NCBI RefSeq assembly: GCF_000981445.1
Contig: NC_027216.1
Location: 1,178,001 to 1,242,000 of the forward strand
From: Babesia bigemina
Taxonomy: Eukaryota
Direction: 5' to 3'
DNA: 64,000 nt
Each line of letters starts with the position of its first letter. The first letter of the stretch is position 1. Both the position numbers and the translations under genes were made by a program. The notes under the pieces were generated by a model. That model saw nothing but the letters and a program-made list of their open reading frames with translations. It searched no databases and was not told where the DNA came from. Shown piece by piece: positions 23,824-35,280 of the stretch.

Positions 23824-25589
23824 TCAAACAAGACATGGGCTCAGTGGACCGTAGCTTTCGCATGGCACAATATTAGTTGTCGCTAATTTCCTGCGGAGTC
23901 TAGTGAGTTCTGTATGGTCTTTCCTGAACTGCTTTTCTAAACTTCTGACATTCCCAAGTAACTTGCTAATTTCGACACACATGTTACTTGTGTCTGCAGC
24001 GTCATACCTCACCGCAGATTCTGTATTGGCATCGTCTTCCTTAATAATACAAGCCAGTGGGGCATAAACATCGGCGTTGTCCATTACACGCGTCCGGCAA
24101 ATAGAGTGATATTCGCTTTCCACAATTTGCAAGCTACTTGCGTACTTCTGACCGAAATCTGTAGCCTCGCTATACGCGCGTTCCTCCATATTTTCCTCTA
24201 TTAGTTGGATGGCACCGATCCGCGGGATCGAAGTGTGGTAGAAATCTATGTTGTTGATGACCCTCTCCAGATCCACATATCCGCTTTTGGTCCTGCCACT
24301 TTTTATGAGGTATTCCACATGGCACTCGTCAACTAACTTCTTATTTACGAGATTACACAGTATAGAGCGCACGAGTACACGGCACGCCAAGTCGGTGGTG
24401 GGGAAAATGGGTATGCAGACCGCGTAGCTTTTAACCCAGCTTGGGATGTTCGTTTGTGCTGTTCCTCTCGCTCTAAACGAATCACCAGAACATGGGCGAC
24501 TAAATGCTATATATTTGGACTCGATATCTTCTATCATAACAATCGCTATCTTGTTTGCTTCAACTATTTGTTCCACTGTGAGTGTGTCTAAGACCTCTCT
24601 GCAGTAAATGTTAATGGGTTTTATTTCCTTTGGAGCGGTCAGCTTATCAGCGGAAATACCTAGATCTGTATACAAACACCAATAACCCATTGCATTACAT
24701 ATAAGTTCTATTCCGATGCGTATTCCGCACCCGGGGGGATAAATAATGACACACACGTTTCTCCCCTTCACGTGGGGTTCGCTTTTACCATCTTCACCAA
24801 CCTTAGCCGCAAATAAGAACTCATAAAACATGCGGAATGCATCCTTGTGTCCTAATACGTGGCCTATACACCTAGGGTGCAATGCATCTTTCAGGAGCGT
24901 TCTTCTGCCATTTCGTTTTTCCAGTATATTTGTGTATCTCTGGAATTTAATGTGTTTACATCTTTCTTTGACGCCCACAGTCAGAGAATCGAAAAATTCC
25001 TCTTCAGTAATAATTCGCGTGCTTTTGTCAATACTGTCTAATACCCCACCCTGAATCCACCATCCTAGTATTATACAGTTTGCTGCTGTAGCACTTGATG
25101 CAACCTTAATGCCTGATGAGAAATCAGTTAGCATAAAAGGGTTGGATTCACAACGCTAACGATGCATTAACCGTGAGTGTTGACAGTACCTGATTGAACC
25201 AGTAGTTTTTCAAGATGAAACGTGGAGAAAAATGTTAAACTGCCAACGACGGCAACGCTTTTCACGTTCCTGAATATATCAAGCGTTTTAAGATACGTTA
25301 TTTCATTGCACACACAATTATTTAGGTCAAACCCTTCTCTAATGTCTTGTTGAGCTTCAGGATGTTCTAGATGGAAGTTGTCGGATAATAGCGGCGTCTT
25401 CAGATTTTCTGTCATATGGCCTGTCAGGACAGTTGATACACATCGCCTTTTAACGAACGAAACTGTTTGTTCATCATCACTAGCCAAAAAGTCAACACTT
25501 TTCAGACACCTATGAAGAATCCCTTCCGATGTACAGCTAGCCCTGTTATTATTGAATGCCGCAGAAAAACCTGTATAACGCTTTACCAT
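23824..25589 (-). CDS. BRCT plus degenerate AAA+ protein, RFC1-like
   Basis: Intron 25189-25113 joins a BRCT-like stretch (AVVGSL...LLVQSGIKVASS...IILG...IITEEEFF). It is followed by HPRCIGHVLGH and VIIYPPGCGIR...ICNAMGY, in RFC1 domain order. Confidence 0.6.
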
Positions 25590-25768
25590 CTGAAATTATA
25601 TGATTTATTGAGTCGCGTGGTCCCCGCAATTAAGCGACTTCACGCACATGAGAAAGCCCGCGCCTAGGAGATGACGCGACCGGGAGGTCATGGGAACAAT
25701 TGAACATAGGAAAGCACCAGAGAAAAAGCACTTTATTAACCCATCATTATTGATAGTTGTGTATCTAT

Positions 25769-26201
25769 TTAAGGCAACAAAGCATACTTCCGCTTGGGAA
25801 TATTCTCACACCTCTTGCGTTGTTTCAAGGTTTTCAGATAGAGCTGCTTTGCTGTGAGAGCTCTCCTCTTCGCCCTTGTCAGTTTAGGTCTGAGGTTTAA
25901 CGGCATCTTGGAGAGTTTGCTATATTGCTTCCTGGCCTCCTCTCGCTTACGCTGGTTGTAGACTGTCAGTACTTTGGCTATAGCCTTCCTGATGATACCG
26001 ATTTGAGAAAGTTTCGACGTCGACGTAACAGTGACCTTTTGAACACGCATTGATGCATATTCTTGTTTTAATTCCTCGAGTTGCTTGAGCAGCTCCGCGT
26101 CTGTCTTGCTCCTAAGCTCAAATACTTTGATTTTTTCCTGCATTAAGCATTAGATATTGCGAACACAATTGTAAAAATTAAAACGCATCTATACGTACCA
26201 T
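25769..26201 (-). CDS. RPL35: 60S ribosomal protein L35 (uL29)
   Basis: IKVFELRSK...[11 protein letters not shown]...[17 protein letters not shown]. The first exon holds only the ATG (intron 26198-26138). Confidence 0.95.
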
Positions 26202-26548
26202 TTTAGAAATATAGAGTTATTAGCGATAATTTATCTCCTGTTGACGTGACGCCGACCGTGTGTCTCACCCAAAACTATGCTCTGAACATATATACCGTGC
26301 TATACCACACACCAATATGCAGTAAAATTTTGGTGGGATGGTTCACAATATTATAAGATAGTGGGCTTCGTTGCTTCCGGCCTTTTTGGCGAATCACAAC
26401 ACCGCCCCATCACGTCTTCGAGCACATAGGTGTTGCCAGTAAACTGCATCGTTGGGTTCAACGTATAGGCGATGTGATAAGGGGGAGTACTAAGCGTACC
26501 ACATTATTATGTGAAATCCATCTGCAATAGTTATACAAAGCGTAACCT

Positions 26549-27446
26549 ATGATCCGAGCACGAGTCACGGGAGTCCATCGCCTTTTACTTTTACTCTTGG
26601 GTGCTCCAGGCACAGGCAAAGGCACTTTCGGAAGGCACTTAGCATCTGAATATGGTCTCGTTCATATAGCGATTGGTTTGTCAAAGTAGTTATATGATCA
26701 AAACTGCAGGTGATTTGTTGAGGAAACAAATTCGGTTACGAAGTGTGCTAGGGAGTAGCATACAGAGAGCTGTGTCAAATGGCTTTCATGTTGATGATGA
26801 TATAGTATGCGACTTAGTGAGGTATATGGGATGTGATCTACATTAATTTACCAACAGGATCGAGTTATTCTCGCAATCAAAGGGTGCGATCCTAGATGGC
26901 ATACCTAGGACCCCTGTTCAGGCCGAATTCCTTAAAAACATCGCAAAATCTTCAGGATCGCGTCTTTTAGGTGTATATTTATCGATGGATCGCGGTATAT
27001 TGATAAAACGCTTGTTAGGTAGAAGGGTTGGTTTGTTTTATTTGTCATAGAGTTTGCAGCACTGTGAGATGTGCAACCGAAACTATAACACGTGTTCTAT
27101 AGATTCAAATGGTTATTATATGGACGCAGTGCTGCCGTGCGAAGACGATCTTTTAAAGGTTCGTTGAAATGGTGTGCAATAAATTAATATTGCGGTAACA
27201 GTGTCCCGGTTGTCACCATCTCAAACGGAGAGCCGATGACACTGCCGATGTGATTCAAAGGAGATTATTGGATTACGATAACATGCGTGAAAATATAATG
27301 ACCGCCCTCAAAGAGGTTGGTATTTTTTCAACAAGTACGCAGTTTGTCAGGTTCCTATCATGAGTTTTGAGATAAGGCGCGGCCTCAAAGATTACGGTGC
27401 ACTGAAGTGTGAACTCGACGCATTCATGAAAAATGCATATTCATAG
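26549..27446 (+). CDS. Adenylate kinase family protein, multi-exon (absent from ORF track)
   Basis: LGAPGTGKGT, IAIGDLLR, ILDGIPRTPVQA, RLLGRR, Cys-rich LID (CEMC...CPGC), RADD; about five short introns. Confidence 0.88.
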
Positions 27447-28882
27447 CTATGTAACTAATGCCCTCTTCGAATCTTTCCAATGCGGTATCACTGGCTACGC
27501 ATGGAACGAACCGTTTTAGTGTTGACTATGACATAGCTCCCCGTACAATGCCTGCCTCGAATGCAGGTTCCACGTAGTATTGTTACCGAGCGTATTTGAC
27601 TTTATACATGACGTCCATGCTGTCTGGGCGAGAGTGCCATTTACAGATTCATAGTGGTGCTAAACGTGCTCTCATCACTTGAGGCATCGCTTCAAATTTC
27701 GGCGGTTGATCGTATGCTCCGTCAGTAATTCCATTTCACGGCTTTCCCAGTCGGGCTTCCAACGCGCCTTTAGAAGCCTCGCAAGAGGTCTGACGACACC
27801 TGATCCGCTGCGAATGTGACTTGCAGTGGCGGGGCCTCCACTATAAACACCATAGTCTGATACACCCTGCGCATATCCTTCCTGGAGAAGGAGGACGTTT
27901 GTGTGGTCGCTCTATTTGCTTAACCCTCCGCGCAGAGTCTCGTGCCGGACTCCAGCTCCAAATTCTATAATTAGCTGGTGTATTAGATGATTGCGTTCAG
28001 AATGTAACGGTTAACGCTTTCATTGGTTCCAGCTGTTATGCCTCTTATGACCATTAGCACACATACCACCGTATTCTGCAAAATGCTGTTACTACTGATG
28101 GCTTCTTTGATGAATGTTCAGCATATTAACAGTTTTGTATTGCATTTGCTGTATGGCGTTAGACCATTTTAAAATCACTTTGCACCGCTCTGCCTACTCC
28201 GTTGAGTTGTTGGTAATAATGTAGTGGCAGACATCTATATAGTGGCGTAAGGCTAGCGTGACGAGCCACCTTGCTCAGATGCTCCACACGTAATTTTTAA
28301 TTAACATGCTAAGGATGATTTACAAATAACCCATATGTTTTCGTCGTCATTGCTCCTGTTCCACATACTACAGGGGTGCTACTTATGGTGCTCTCAGTCA
28401 ACTACTATTACTAAAAGCAACTGTCTCATCGACCATCACACATTCCATATTGTTTTATTCAATCCATATTTCTTTTTCATACATGCCTCATGAATAAGCT
28501 ATCTTCCATTAGTAGTCAATTGGTCTCTTCTTGCTCTTGACTTCCAAACATTGGTTGCCCATTTACCAAGCGGCCCAGCAGTGCGGCGTTTATTGCGGTC
28601 TAGAACCGTATATATGGACAGACACTTATAGAGTCTTTCGAGGCATTTACGGGTTTTATTGCCTGAGACAACTGCGGTGATGGCATATGCCACGGTGTCA
28701 GTCACATGAGTGTTGGGTCCCAGTTCTGCCGTTGCCACCATGGGCCACATGTCAAGCAGATACAGCTACACATCTCACCATCACTAATATGCTACGATTT
28801 ACGATATTACACGATGGAGTTCATTGTCGCCGTGCTGATTTACCCAACCGGCAACATGGACAAAGTATACGGGTTTTCATTG

Positions 28883-29507
28883 CTATCTCTTATTCCTAGG
28901 ATCAGTTGCGTTGACGGAATCCACACTACGACGCCCTAGAGCACTAGTTGGAGGGGTAGGTATAACGAAATCTTGATATGCAAGGGAAGAAGTTTCGATG
29001 CCAAGCCCCTGGCCACCACGGTTGGTATCGAACTCTTTGCGAAAAACGTCACGCCACTGATAACCGTTTATTCCCCGAGCAAGTTTGCGATCGGTATCTA
29101 TATTGTCGCCCGTGTCGGCATCTACCCTTATTATTCGCCCGTCTATTATGGAACCCTTGAACAATCCTATAGATCGTCTCGCAGCGGCGACAGTGTCATA
29201 TACAACAAATGCGAAACCACAAGGGTTTTTTTCAATGCTGTTTAGACCTAAAACGATGCGATTGATACGTCCGGCATGTGAGAATATCTGCGGCACTCAT
29301 GGAAAAGCACAGATAGTGACACTGGATGTAAGGTACGCTGTGTAACATTACCTCGTGAATGCGCTCTTCTGGTGTAGTAAAAGCGAGATTTCCCACATAA
29401 ACGGTTGTAGAGCGTTGAATTCGAGAGTTCCACTCCTCTTGAGAAGCGCAGAGTTTTTTATCCCAGTATTTTCGTTCTCTTGAGATGGAGTGATAAAGTT
29501 TCGCCAT
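28883..29507 (-). CDS. NCBP2: Nuclear cap-binding protein subunit 2 (CBP20), 2 exons
   Basis: STTVYVGNLAFTTPEERIHE|IFS...PCGFAFV...IIRVDAD...RDVFRKEFDTNRGG. Confidence 0.93.
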
Positions 29508-29705
29508 TTCGCACTCCTGCGCTGTAGAGATAATTGACAATTCTATCAAACAATATTTTATCGTGATGTGTGAATCAAATTGTACGGGACCACAGTTATT
29601 CGACCCACTTGCAGTGCTAGGTACAACCCGTCGCCATCCAGAATGTGATGTTGTTTAGGGCATTCCGAATAGACAGAAAACCAGCCACTAGCGAGGCATC
29701 TATGT

Positions 29706-30099
29706 ATGATGGTAGAAATATACATTAATAGACAACGTAGTGAGGAGCTGGAATTACAGTTGACAGCAGATTGGAATTTGAATCTACCTAAAGACTTATC
29801 GCTTTGCGAGGACATTTCAAAGACGATCGAGAGAGCAATATCGAAGCTCCGTTAAGTCTCTTCTATTACGCACTTAATACCATGCAGGGGAGTCGAACAC
29901 ATATATGCGTTCCGTATCTGAGGTGGGCGACAACAACTGTGTTTATATATCCGCATCATAGAGTGGCGAGGATGTAGAACTGGAAAAGTATATAAAAGAA
30001 AACGAAATGGTAATACGCCGTAAGATTTACCAGCTCAACCAGGTTAAAACGCATATGGACAAACTACGACCCGATATGGACAAGGCAGAAAATGTCTAG
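29706..30099 (+). CDS. Small coiled-coil protein, possibly Tma17/Adc17-like, 3 exons
   Basis: Two GT-AG introns join one frame: IERAISKLRESNTYM...DVELEKYIKENEMVIRRK. Family assignment is tentative. Confidence 0.55.
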
Positions 30100-30231
30100 A
30101 CTCCGGCATCAAAAGCCGACCACAATTTGCAGTGCTCAGATTTGGCTCACCTGCACTAGGCCAGATCAACGCGGAACAAATAGGCTATTATCACGCATTG
30201 TTCAAAAACTGCAATGTCTATTCTGATGCAG

Positions 30232-31194
30232 CTACGTAACGTGTGCTTGTTGCGAAAATGGGTTGTGATAGTATCGAATACGGTAGGTTTCGTCGTCCCG
30301 TGTTACCACGCCTTTCATTTCAGCATATAGTAGCTGGTATTCCGCTTGAATAAGGGTTATTTTTTGGGCCTCAGCAAACTGATAAGGTGTTGTGGGCGCC
30401 TCGGCGACCGTCTGTGCAATGGCCTTTAAGAAACGTGCCGACTTGTCAGTGAAAATGATTTCAACACCATGTATATCGACCATCTTACACTTTCCTTCCT
30501 CTTGAATGCGCTCTACATGAGATCGTACTTCAGCCGGAGTTAATAGTTTGCAGAGCCGCATACGGTTTACTACGCAAAAAAGATCCTGTAGTAGGATAAA
30601 ATCACCGTTCTTCATCACACGCAGTATAATTTCTTCAACATCAGAACCTGCAAGCCGTGGAGAGTCTTCGAAGATACGCAGATTCAGGGCCTCAAAAGTT
30701 TTTGAGAGACTACGGTGTCCCGTTTGTAAATGGTGTGCCATAGAACGAATTTTTTGCGACTTTTTTTTTAGCATGGCAAGGTCGGTCATTGCATTTATTC
30801 TAAGCGAATTAGCGTCCTCTACCATCTCATTTTTCATGCTTACAACACGACTGACTCCCCCCAAACCACCAGATCGCCTAATTACATTGCTGTTATCGTG
30901 AAATATCAGGGCTTTGGTCAATTCTTGGTGTAAGCTGCTAACATCATCACATGTTAGAAAAAAAATCGAATCAGTACAAGTAATTTTGATGGCACGCTGC
31001 AGCCTATGCCTCTTTAACTCACATTGAGTGATGTTTGATAGAAGTATTTGGTTCGTAGATCCACCGCAGGAGTAAGACAGATTACTTGATGTTAATACTG
31101 CATCCTCACAAAGCTTTAATTTCCCCATGACACCCGTTCGCACCCTAAACCCTTCAATATGATATATATCTTCCTCAACCTTGCACTTGATCAT
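30232..31194 (-). CDS. VPS36: ESCRT-II subunit Vps36-like
   Basis: PH/GLUE-like N-terminus, AMTDLAML, ILLQDLFCVVNRMR...LLTPAEV, AEMKGVVTRDD...YYHNPF. Confidence 0.8.
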   Translation of the reverse strand: MIKCKVEEDIYHIEGFRVRTGVMGKLKLCEDAVLTSSNLSYSCGGSTNQILLSNITQCELKRHRLQRAIKITCTDSIFFLTCDDVSSLHQELTKALIFHDNSNVIRRSGGLGGVSRVVSMKNEMVEDANSLRINAMTDLAMLKKKSQKIRSMAHHLQTGHRSLSKTFEALNLRIFEDSPRLAGSDVEEIILRVMKNGDFILLQDLFCVVNRMRLCKLLTPAEVRSHVERIQEEGKCKMVDIHGVEIIFTDKSARFLKAIAQTVAEAPTTPYQFAEAQKITLIQAEYQLLYAEMKGVVTRDDETYRIRYYHNPFSQQAHVT

Positions 31195-31202
31195 CTCGAT
31201 AA

Positions 31203-31941
31203 TTAGAACATAACAGTGAAGAACATGGTGAGAAACGTGTAGGAAATGTAGCACTGTAAGAAGAAGTACAAGACTTCAAATGCCAACACAAAAGAGAACA
31301 GAAAGGCTGGCAATCCACCGCTTACGTTTGCAAGTACAAGTTTCATAATCTCTCCGAATACGCAGAAAGCAAGCAACGGTCTGACGGCCTACGTCTCGTT
31401 ACATACTATTACGAGTGACATACCTGGAATGTTGTCCGCGCCATGTAAATGAAAAAAAATCGATAGCTCAATACATATTTCGTTGCAAACTGTATTACGG
31501 AGAATGGCTCTACATAATGGGTCAACAGCGGCGCAGACCCGAAGGCTTTGGATACACCAACGTTGTTAATATCATCGGTGTACGAGGTTGGCAATTTCGT
31601 CAAAGTTGCAACATCGTAACAATATCTTTTGTCGGCCAATCCACCTGATATGAGCTTATCTCCACTCTGGCGGAAGTTAGCCCATTCACGGTGAGCTTGA
31701 GGTTTTGTCGCGGCAGCGAGGCTACTCCTTCCTGATGCGGAAACCTGTAAACGCATGACCTCCCAATATATTCGCTTAAAAAAACCACTATTATTTTAAC
31801 TGTTATGACCGAATGATCCATAGAACCTACTTTACCAGTATAAAGTGTGCGTGAACACACTGCTTTCGTTTGGAACGGTTCAGCTATGCGGTTCCACAAA
31901 TTAGAGGCTCGCGCCGCTCTAAAATTTAAAAAGACATACAT
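31203..31941 (-). CDS. Nucleus-encoded mitochondrial ATP synthase subunit a (apicomplexan type), 3 exons
   Basis: Spliced C-terminus RFFFIYMARTTFQ|AVRPLLAFCVFGEIMKLVLA...FSFVLAFEVLYFFLQCYISYTFLTMFFTVMF matches the recalled Toxoplasma ICAP2/subunit a. Presequence-like N-terminus. Confidence 0.85.
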
Positions 31942-32155
31942 TTAGACGTTTGTGGTCCGCTTAGACTTAGCTTTTATGGGTTGGTTTATATTTTATGTTG
32001 TGGCTCGGCTTCAAAACAATGCGGTACACCACAAATTTGGCACATTGACGCGTAGCGTTTGAAGAAGTAGACTTCCAAATATTGAGTTGGCGGATAGAAG
32101 ACAGGCAAAAATGTGACAGAGGCTGTAGGCTTACATTGTACAGCGTAATATTCAC

Positions 32156-34795
32156 ATGTTATTTTCCACATTAACATATTTGCTCTTTGCACTAGTTTAC
32201 TACATAGTTTCATGTGCATCACTGTTTAACGTAAAGACAGCATGCGCATATTTAAGCAAAATTAGGCATTACAAAGCTACTGCGTCACTAAACCGTAGGA
32301 ATGTACCAGCATATTCATCATCGTGGCTACCTACTATAAGTTGTCATTTAGGATCAGTATTTCCTAGTCGTTATGAACATGGAGTGTCTGCGACTCACGA
32401 AAGTCAAAGGCAAAGCTTGGAGCTCACGAAATCCGAGCGAAAATTATCGTATAGGCCCATATTTGAGAAAAGCGTATCTACGCATTTTGGTTGTTCGAAA
32501 GAGAGAGCACCGTTGTTGGATGTTAGTGACCTGACACTATGTATTGGCGATTGCGTTTTGTTCGACAATGTGAGATTCCGCATAAGTCAAGGGGAATGCG
32601 TAGGTATTGTGGGGAACAATGGCACTGGGAAAAGCAGTTTGTTGGACGCTCTTTACGAAAAAATAACCGGATGTAACACAACATCTGAAGCTGTTTCTTC
32701 ATCTGTGGGTGTAAAAATCACGTCTAAGGAACAGATCCATTTTGCGTCGGATCATTTACAAGTTTATCAATTGCTATACTTCTTGCGTATTAGAAAGCAC
32801 AACTTAGACGATTTGTCACATCTGCGAATAGACGAGTTGCTGAAATCTGATGACTATATGGAATTTTTAGATGGTCAAAACATATTCACCTCAAACGCAT
32901 ATTTCAACAATTTTGTGGCATACGTGCAGCAGAATTATGTTACTAATCTTGACGACTCCATGTTAGTTAAAGATGTGATTGCTAATTCAAACACCATACA
33001 CAAGACACTCCTGGCAATATTTCGAGATATTGAAAAAAATCTAAGCAGTTTAAGCGATATTGCGGGGCGCATGGATATAGGTAGCGCTGCAGCTTTGCAA
33101 GGAAGCAGACAGGGGAATGGTGAATTGAACATCGAATGGGCCAGGAGAATATTAACTGTGTATAACAATGATAATATGGCTTTTCAAAAAAAAAGCGGGG
33201 ATGTGAATGTTGTGGCATCACACCTCATAGACATGTTTGGCATGCGTGAGGTGCTCTCTTTGAGAGTAGGTGAACTAAGCGGAGGTTTCAAGATGCGCCT
33301 CGCACTATTGACACGGCTGATCCATGACCCTCAATTGCTGCTTTTAGACGAGCCTACCAATAATCTGGATATTGCATCTGTAACCTTCCTGTCCAAAGTT
33401 CTTCGACACCTTATCGAAACAAGGGGCCTTTCAGTGATAATAGTTAGCCATAACGCATCATTTCTGCGTAGTTTGTGCACATCAATTCTTCAGGTACCTG
33501 GTGATGGTACTCTGAAGGTGCATGAATGCGACTTTGACAGATTTCTGCACAGGGGTTCCAAAAACCTTCAAAGTAGGATGTCGCGTTTGAACAAGCTCCA
33601 ATCTGATTGCAAAAAATTAAAGCAACAATATAATGCGAAACTCGAATGCAACAAAGGATCAAAGAATCAGAAAAAGGTTTGGTTATCGCAGAAACGGCGT
33701 TTGATAGATGACACCGAGGAGTTGCTGCGTAAGGTTACGGGTGCTGAGAAAAGCACGTATAGCGATGCATACGAACGATCATTGCTTTTGCATGATTCCC
33801 ATTTTGATGCGGCTGATTTGTTACGTCTTCCATTGGTCAAGCGCGGTACATTCGTATATCCGGACAAGCCAGCATTCAGCCTACAGGATGCCACTTTACG
33901 GAGTGGAAGTGAGGCGCTGCTTTGCAACATATCGCTCCAAGTTCACAACTGCGACCGAGTCTTAATTTTAGGTAATAATGGGTCGGGCAAGTCAACGTTA
34001 CTGACGGTTCTCAACGCCGCTGCAAACGCTGCTACTATGGGCATTCCAAATGTAAATGAATTGCTGAATCGTCGATCATACGTCCACGTTGCAGACGGTA
34101 GATGTGAAGCCAAAGAAAACACAAGCGTAAACTATCTCTCACAAAATTGTAGCGATATTCTGACGGCAGCGTCAACCGTGGGCACATTGGCTATGAATTA
34201 TGGAGATATGGACATGTCTAACAGACAGCAATTGACAGAGTACATGTCACATTTCTACCTTAAGGATCTAATGGATATTAGAGTGCGGGACCTGTCATTC
34301 GGGGAACGATGCCGCCTAGCTTTAGCTTTGCAATTTTTGCGTGATTCTAACTTCCTCTTATTAGATGAACCCAGCAACCATTTGGATTTGTATATGAAGA
34401 GAAATTTGGTTTTGCTTTTAAACAACGTCTACACAAGAGGCGGGATAATATTGGCTACGCATGACCTACAGCTGCTTGAGCGCCTCGAACGCATAACAAC
34501 TATATTTTACATTCACCAGTTTGACAAGACATATACGTTTAAGGGTGATTTTAAGGACACATACCTACGATTCAGACGTGAAGTACCAGATGCATCACAC
34601 ACAGAGATGGGTAACTTTCTAGAGAGCTGTACATATGATTATAAACACGAGGTGACACCCCGCATGTTTGACTTCGACCGCTCAGCGGGGAACGACGCGG
34701 TACCGTGTCATCCATGCAAAAGGTTGAAAAGAGCAGTTGTTATGCCACAGAAACGGAGTAAAACGAAGTTGAAGAACGCGAAGCGCTATACATAG
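32156..34795 (+). CDS. ABC-F family ATPase with putative apicoplast-targeting leader
   Basis: Two ABC domains (GNNGTGKS/LSGG/LLLDEPTNNLD and GNNGSGKS/LSFGE/LLLDEPSNHLD), no TM domain. Hydrophobic signal followed by a basic Ser-rich leader. Confidence 0.88.
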   Translation: MLFSTLTYLLFALVYYIVSCASLFNVKTACAYLSKIRHYKATASLNRRNVPAYSSSWLPTISCHLGSVFPSRYEHGVSATHESQRQSLELTKSERKLSYRPIFEKSVSTHFGCSKERAPLLDVSDLTLCIGDCVLFDNVRFRISQGECVGIVGNNGTGKSSLLDALYEKITGCNTTSEAVSSSVGVKITSKEQIHFASDHLQVYQLLYFLRIRKHNLDDLSHLRIDELLKSDDYMEFLDGQNIFTSNAYFNNFVAYVQQNYVTNLDDSMLVKDVIANSNTIHKTLLAIFRDIEKNLSSLSDIAGRMDIGSAAALQGSRQGNGELNIEWARRILTVYNNDNMAFQKKSGDVNVVASHLIDMFGMREVLSLRVGELSGGFKMRLALLTRLIHDPQLLLLDEPTNNLDIASVTFLSKVLRHLIETRGLSVIIVSHNASFLRSLCTSILQVPGDGTLKVHECDFDRFLHRGSKNLQSRMSRLNKLQSDCKKLKQQYNAKLECNKGSKNQKKVWLSQKRRLIDDTEELLRKVTGAEKSTYSDAYERSLLLHDSHFDAADLLRLPLVKRGTFVYPDKPAFSLQDATLRSGSEALLCNISLQVHNCDRVLILGNNGSGKSTLLTVLNAAANAATMGIPNVNELLNRRSYVHVADGRCEAKENTSVNYLSQNCSDILTAASTVGTLAMNYGDMDMSNRQQLTEYMSHFYLKDLMDIRVRDLSFGERCRLALALQFLRDSNFLLLDEPSNHLDLYMKRNLVLLLNNVYTRGGIILATHDLQLLERLERITTIFYIHQFDKTYTFKGDFKDTYLRFRREVPDASHTEMGNFLESCTYDYKHEVTPRMFDFDRSAGNDAVPCHPCKRLKRAVVMPQKRSKTKLKNAKRYT

Positions 34796-35280
34796 TAGTG
34801 CACATGTTATCTACTGCGGCGCTTGCGACACGAAGGGTTCTAGGAGAGCACAAATAACCAGCTTCGCAATGAGAAATAAAACGGGTAACTCTTATGGCGT
34901 TGATAGGACGAATGCCCCTAGGGCACCGTTGTGTGAGCTACCGTGTACGAGCAGGCAGGCAAATGAGCTTGAGGGTGCTAGGTCGAGAACCCTGGGAAAG
35001 ACTCTACACATTTTCCAACTTGCTTTACAATTAACATATGCAGATATAATACGCACTTTATTGCATCTGCCACTCGCCTTTTATACCCCGTCTTGGTTAT
35101 ACCGTGGATGCTCTTTGAATCGCGTGAAATTGATCTCGTACGTTTTGCTTTTGTTAGCTAATCTATCTCAAAGCCAAGCTGACAGTTCAATATTGGACAT
35201 CTTAAATTCTTTTGTGCTTAGACGCGCTGATATTTAATCTGTGTTTAGGTGCTCTCGCGGGACAGTGCAAATCTTTCAAA

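Noticed and set aside
26371..26396. U2 snRNA 5'-like sequence gcttccggcctttttggc
   Set aside because: No following branch-point pairing sequence GTGTAGTA and no Sm site.
27921..27927. taaccct as a telomerase RNA template
   Set aside because: Only 7 nt, expected by chance, with no supporting structure.
34869..35237. 122-aa ORF upstream of the 12D3-like gene
   Set aside because: No motif; it occupies the likely promoter/5' UTR of the downstream gene.
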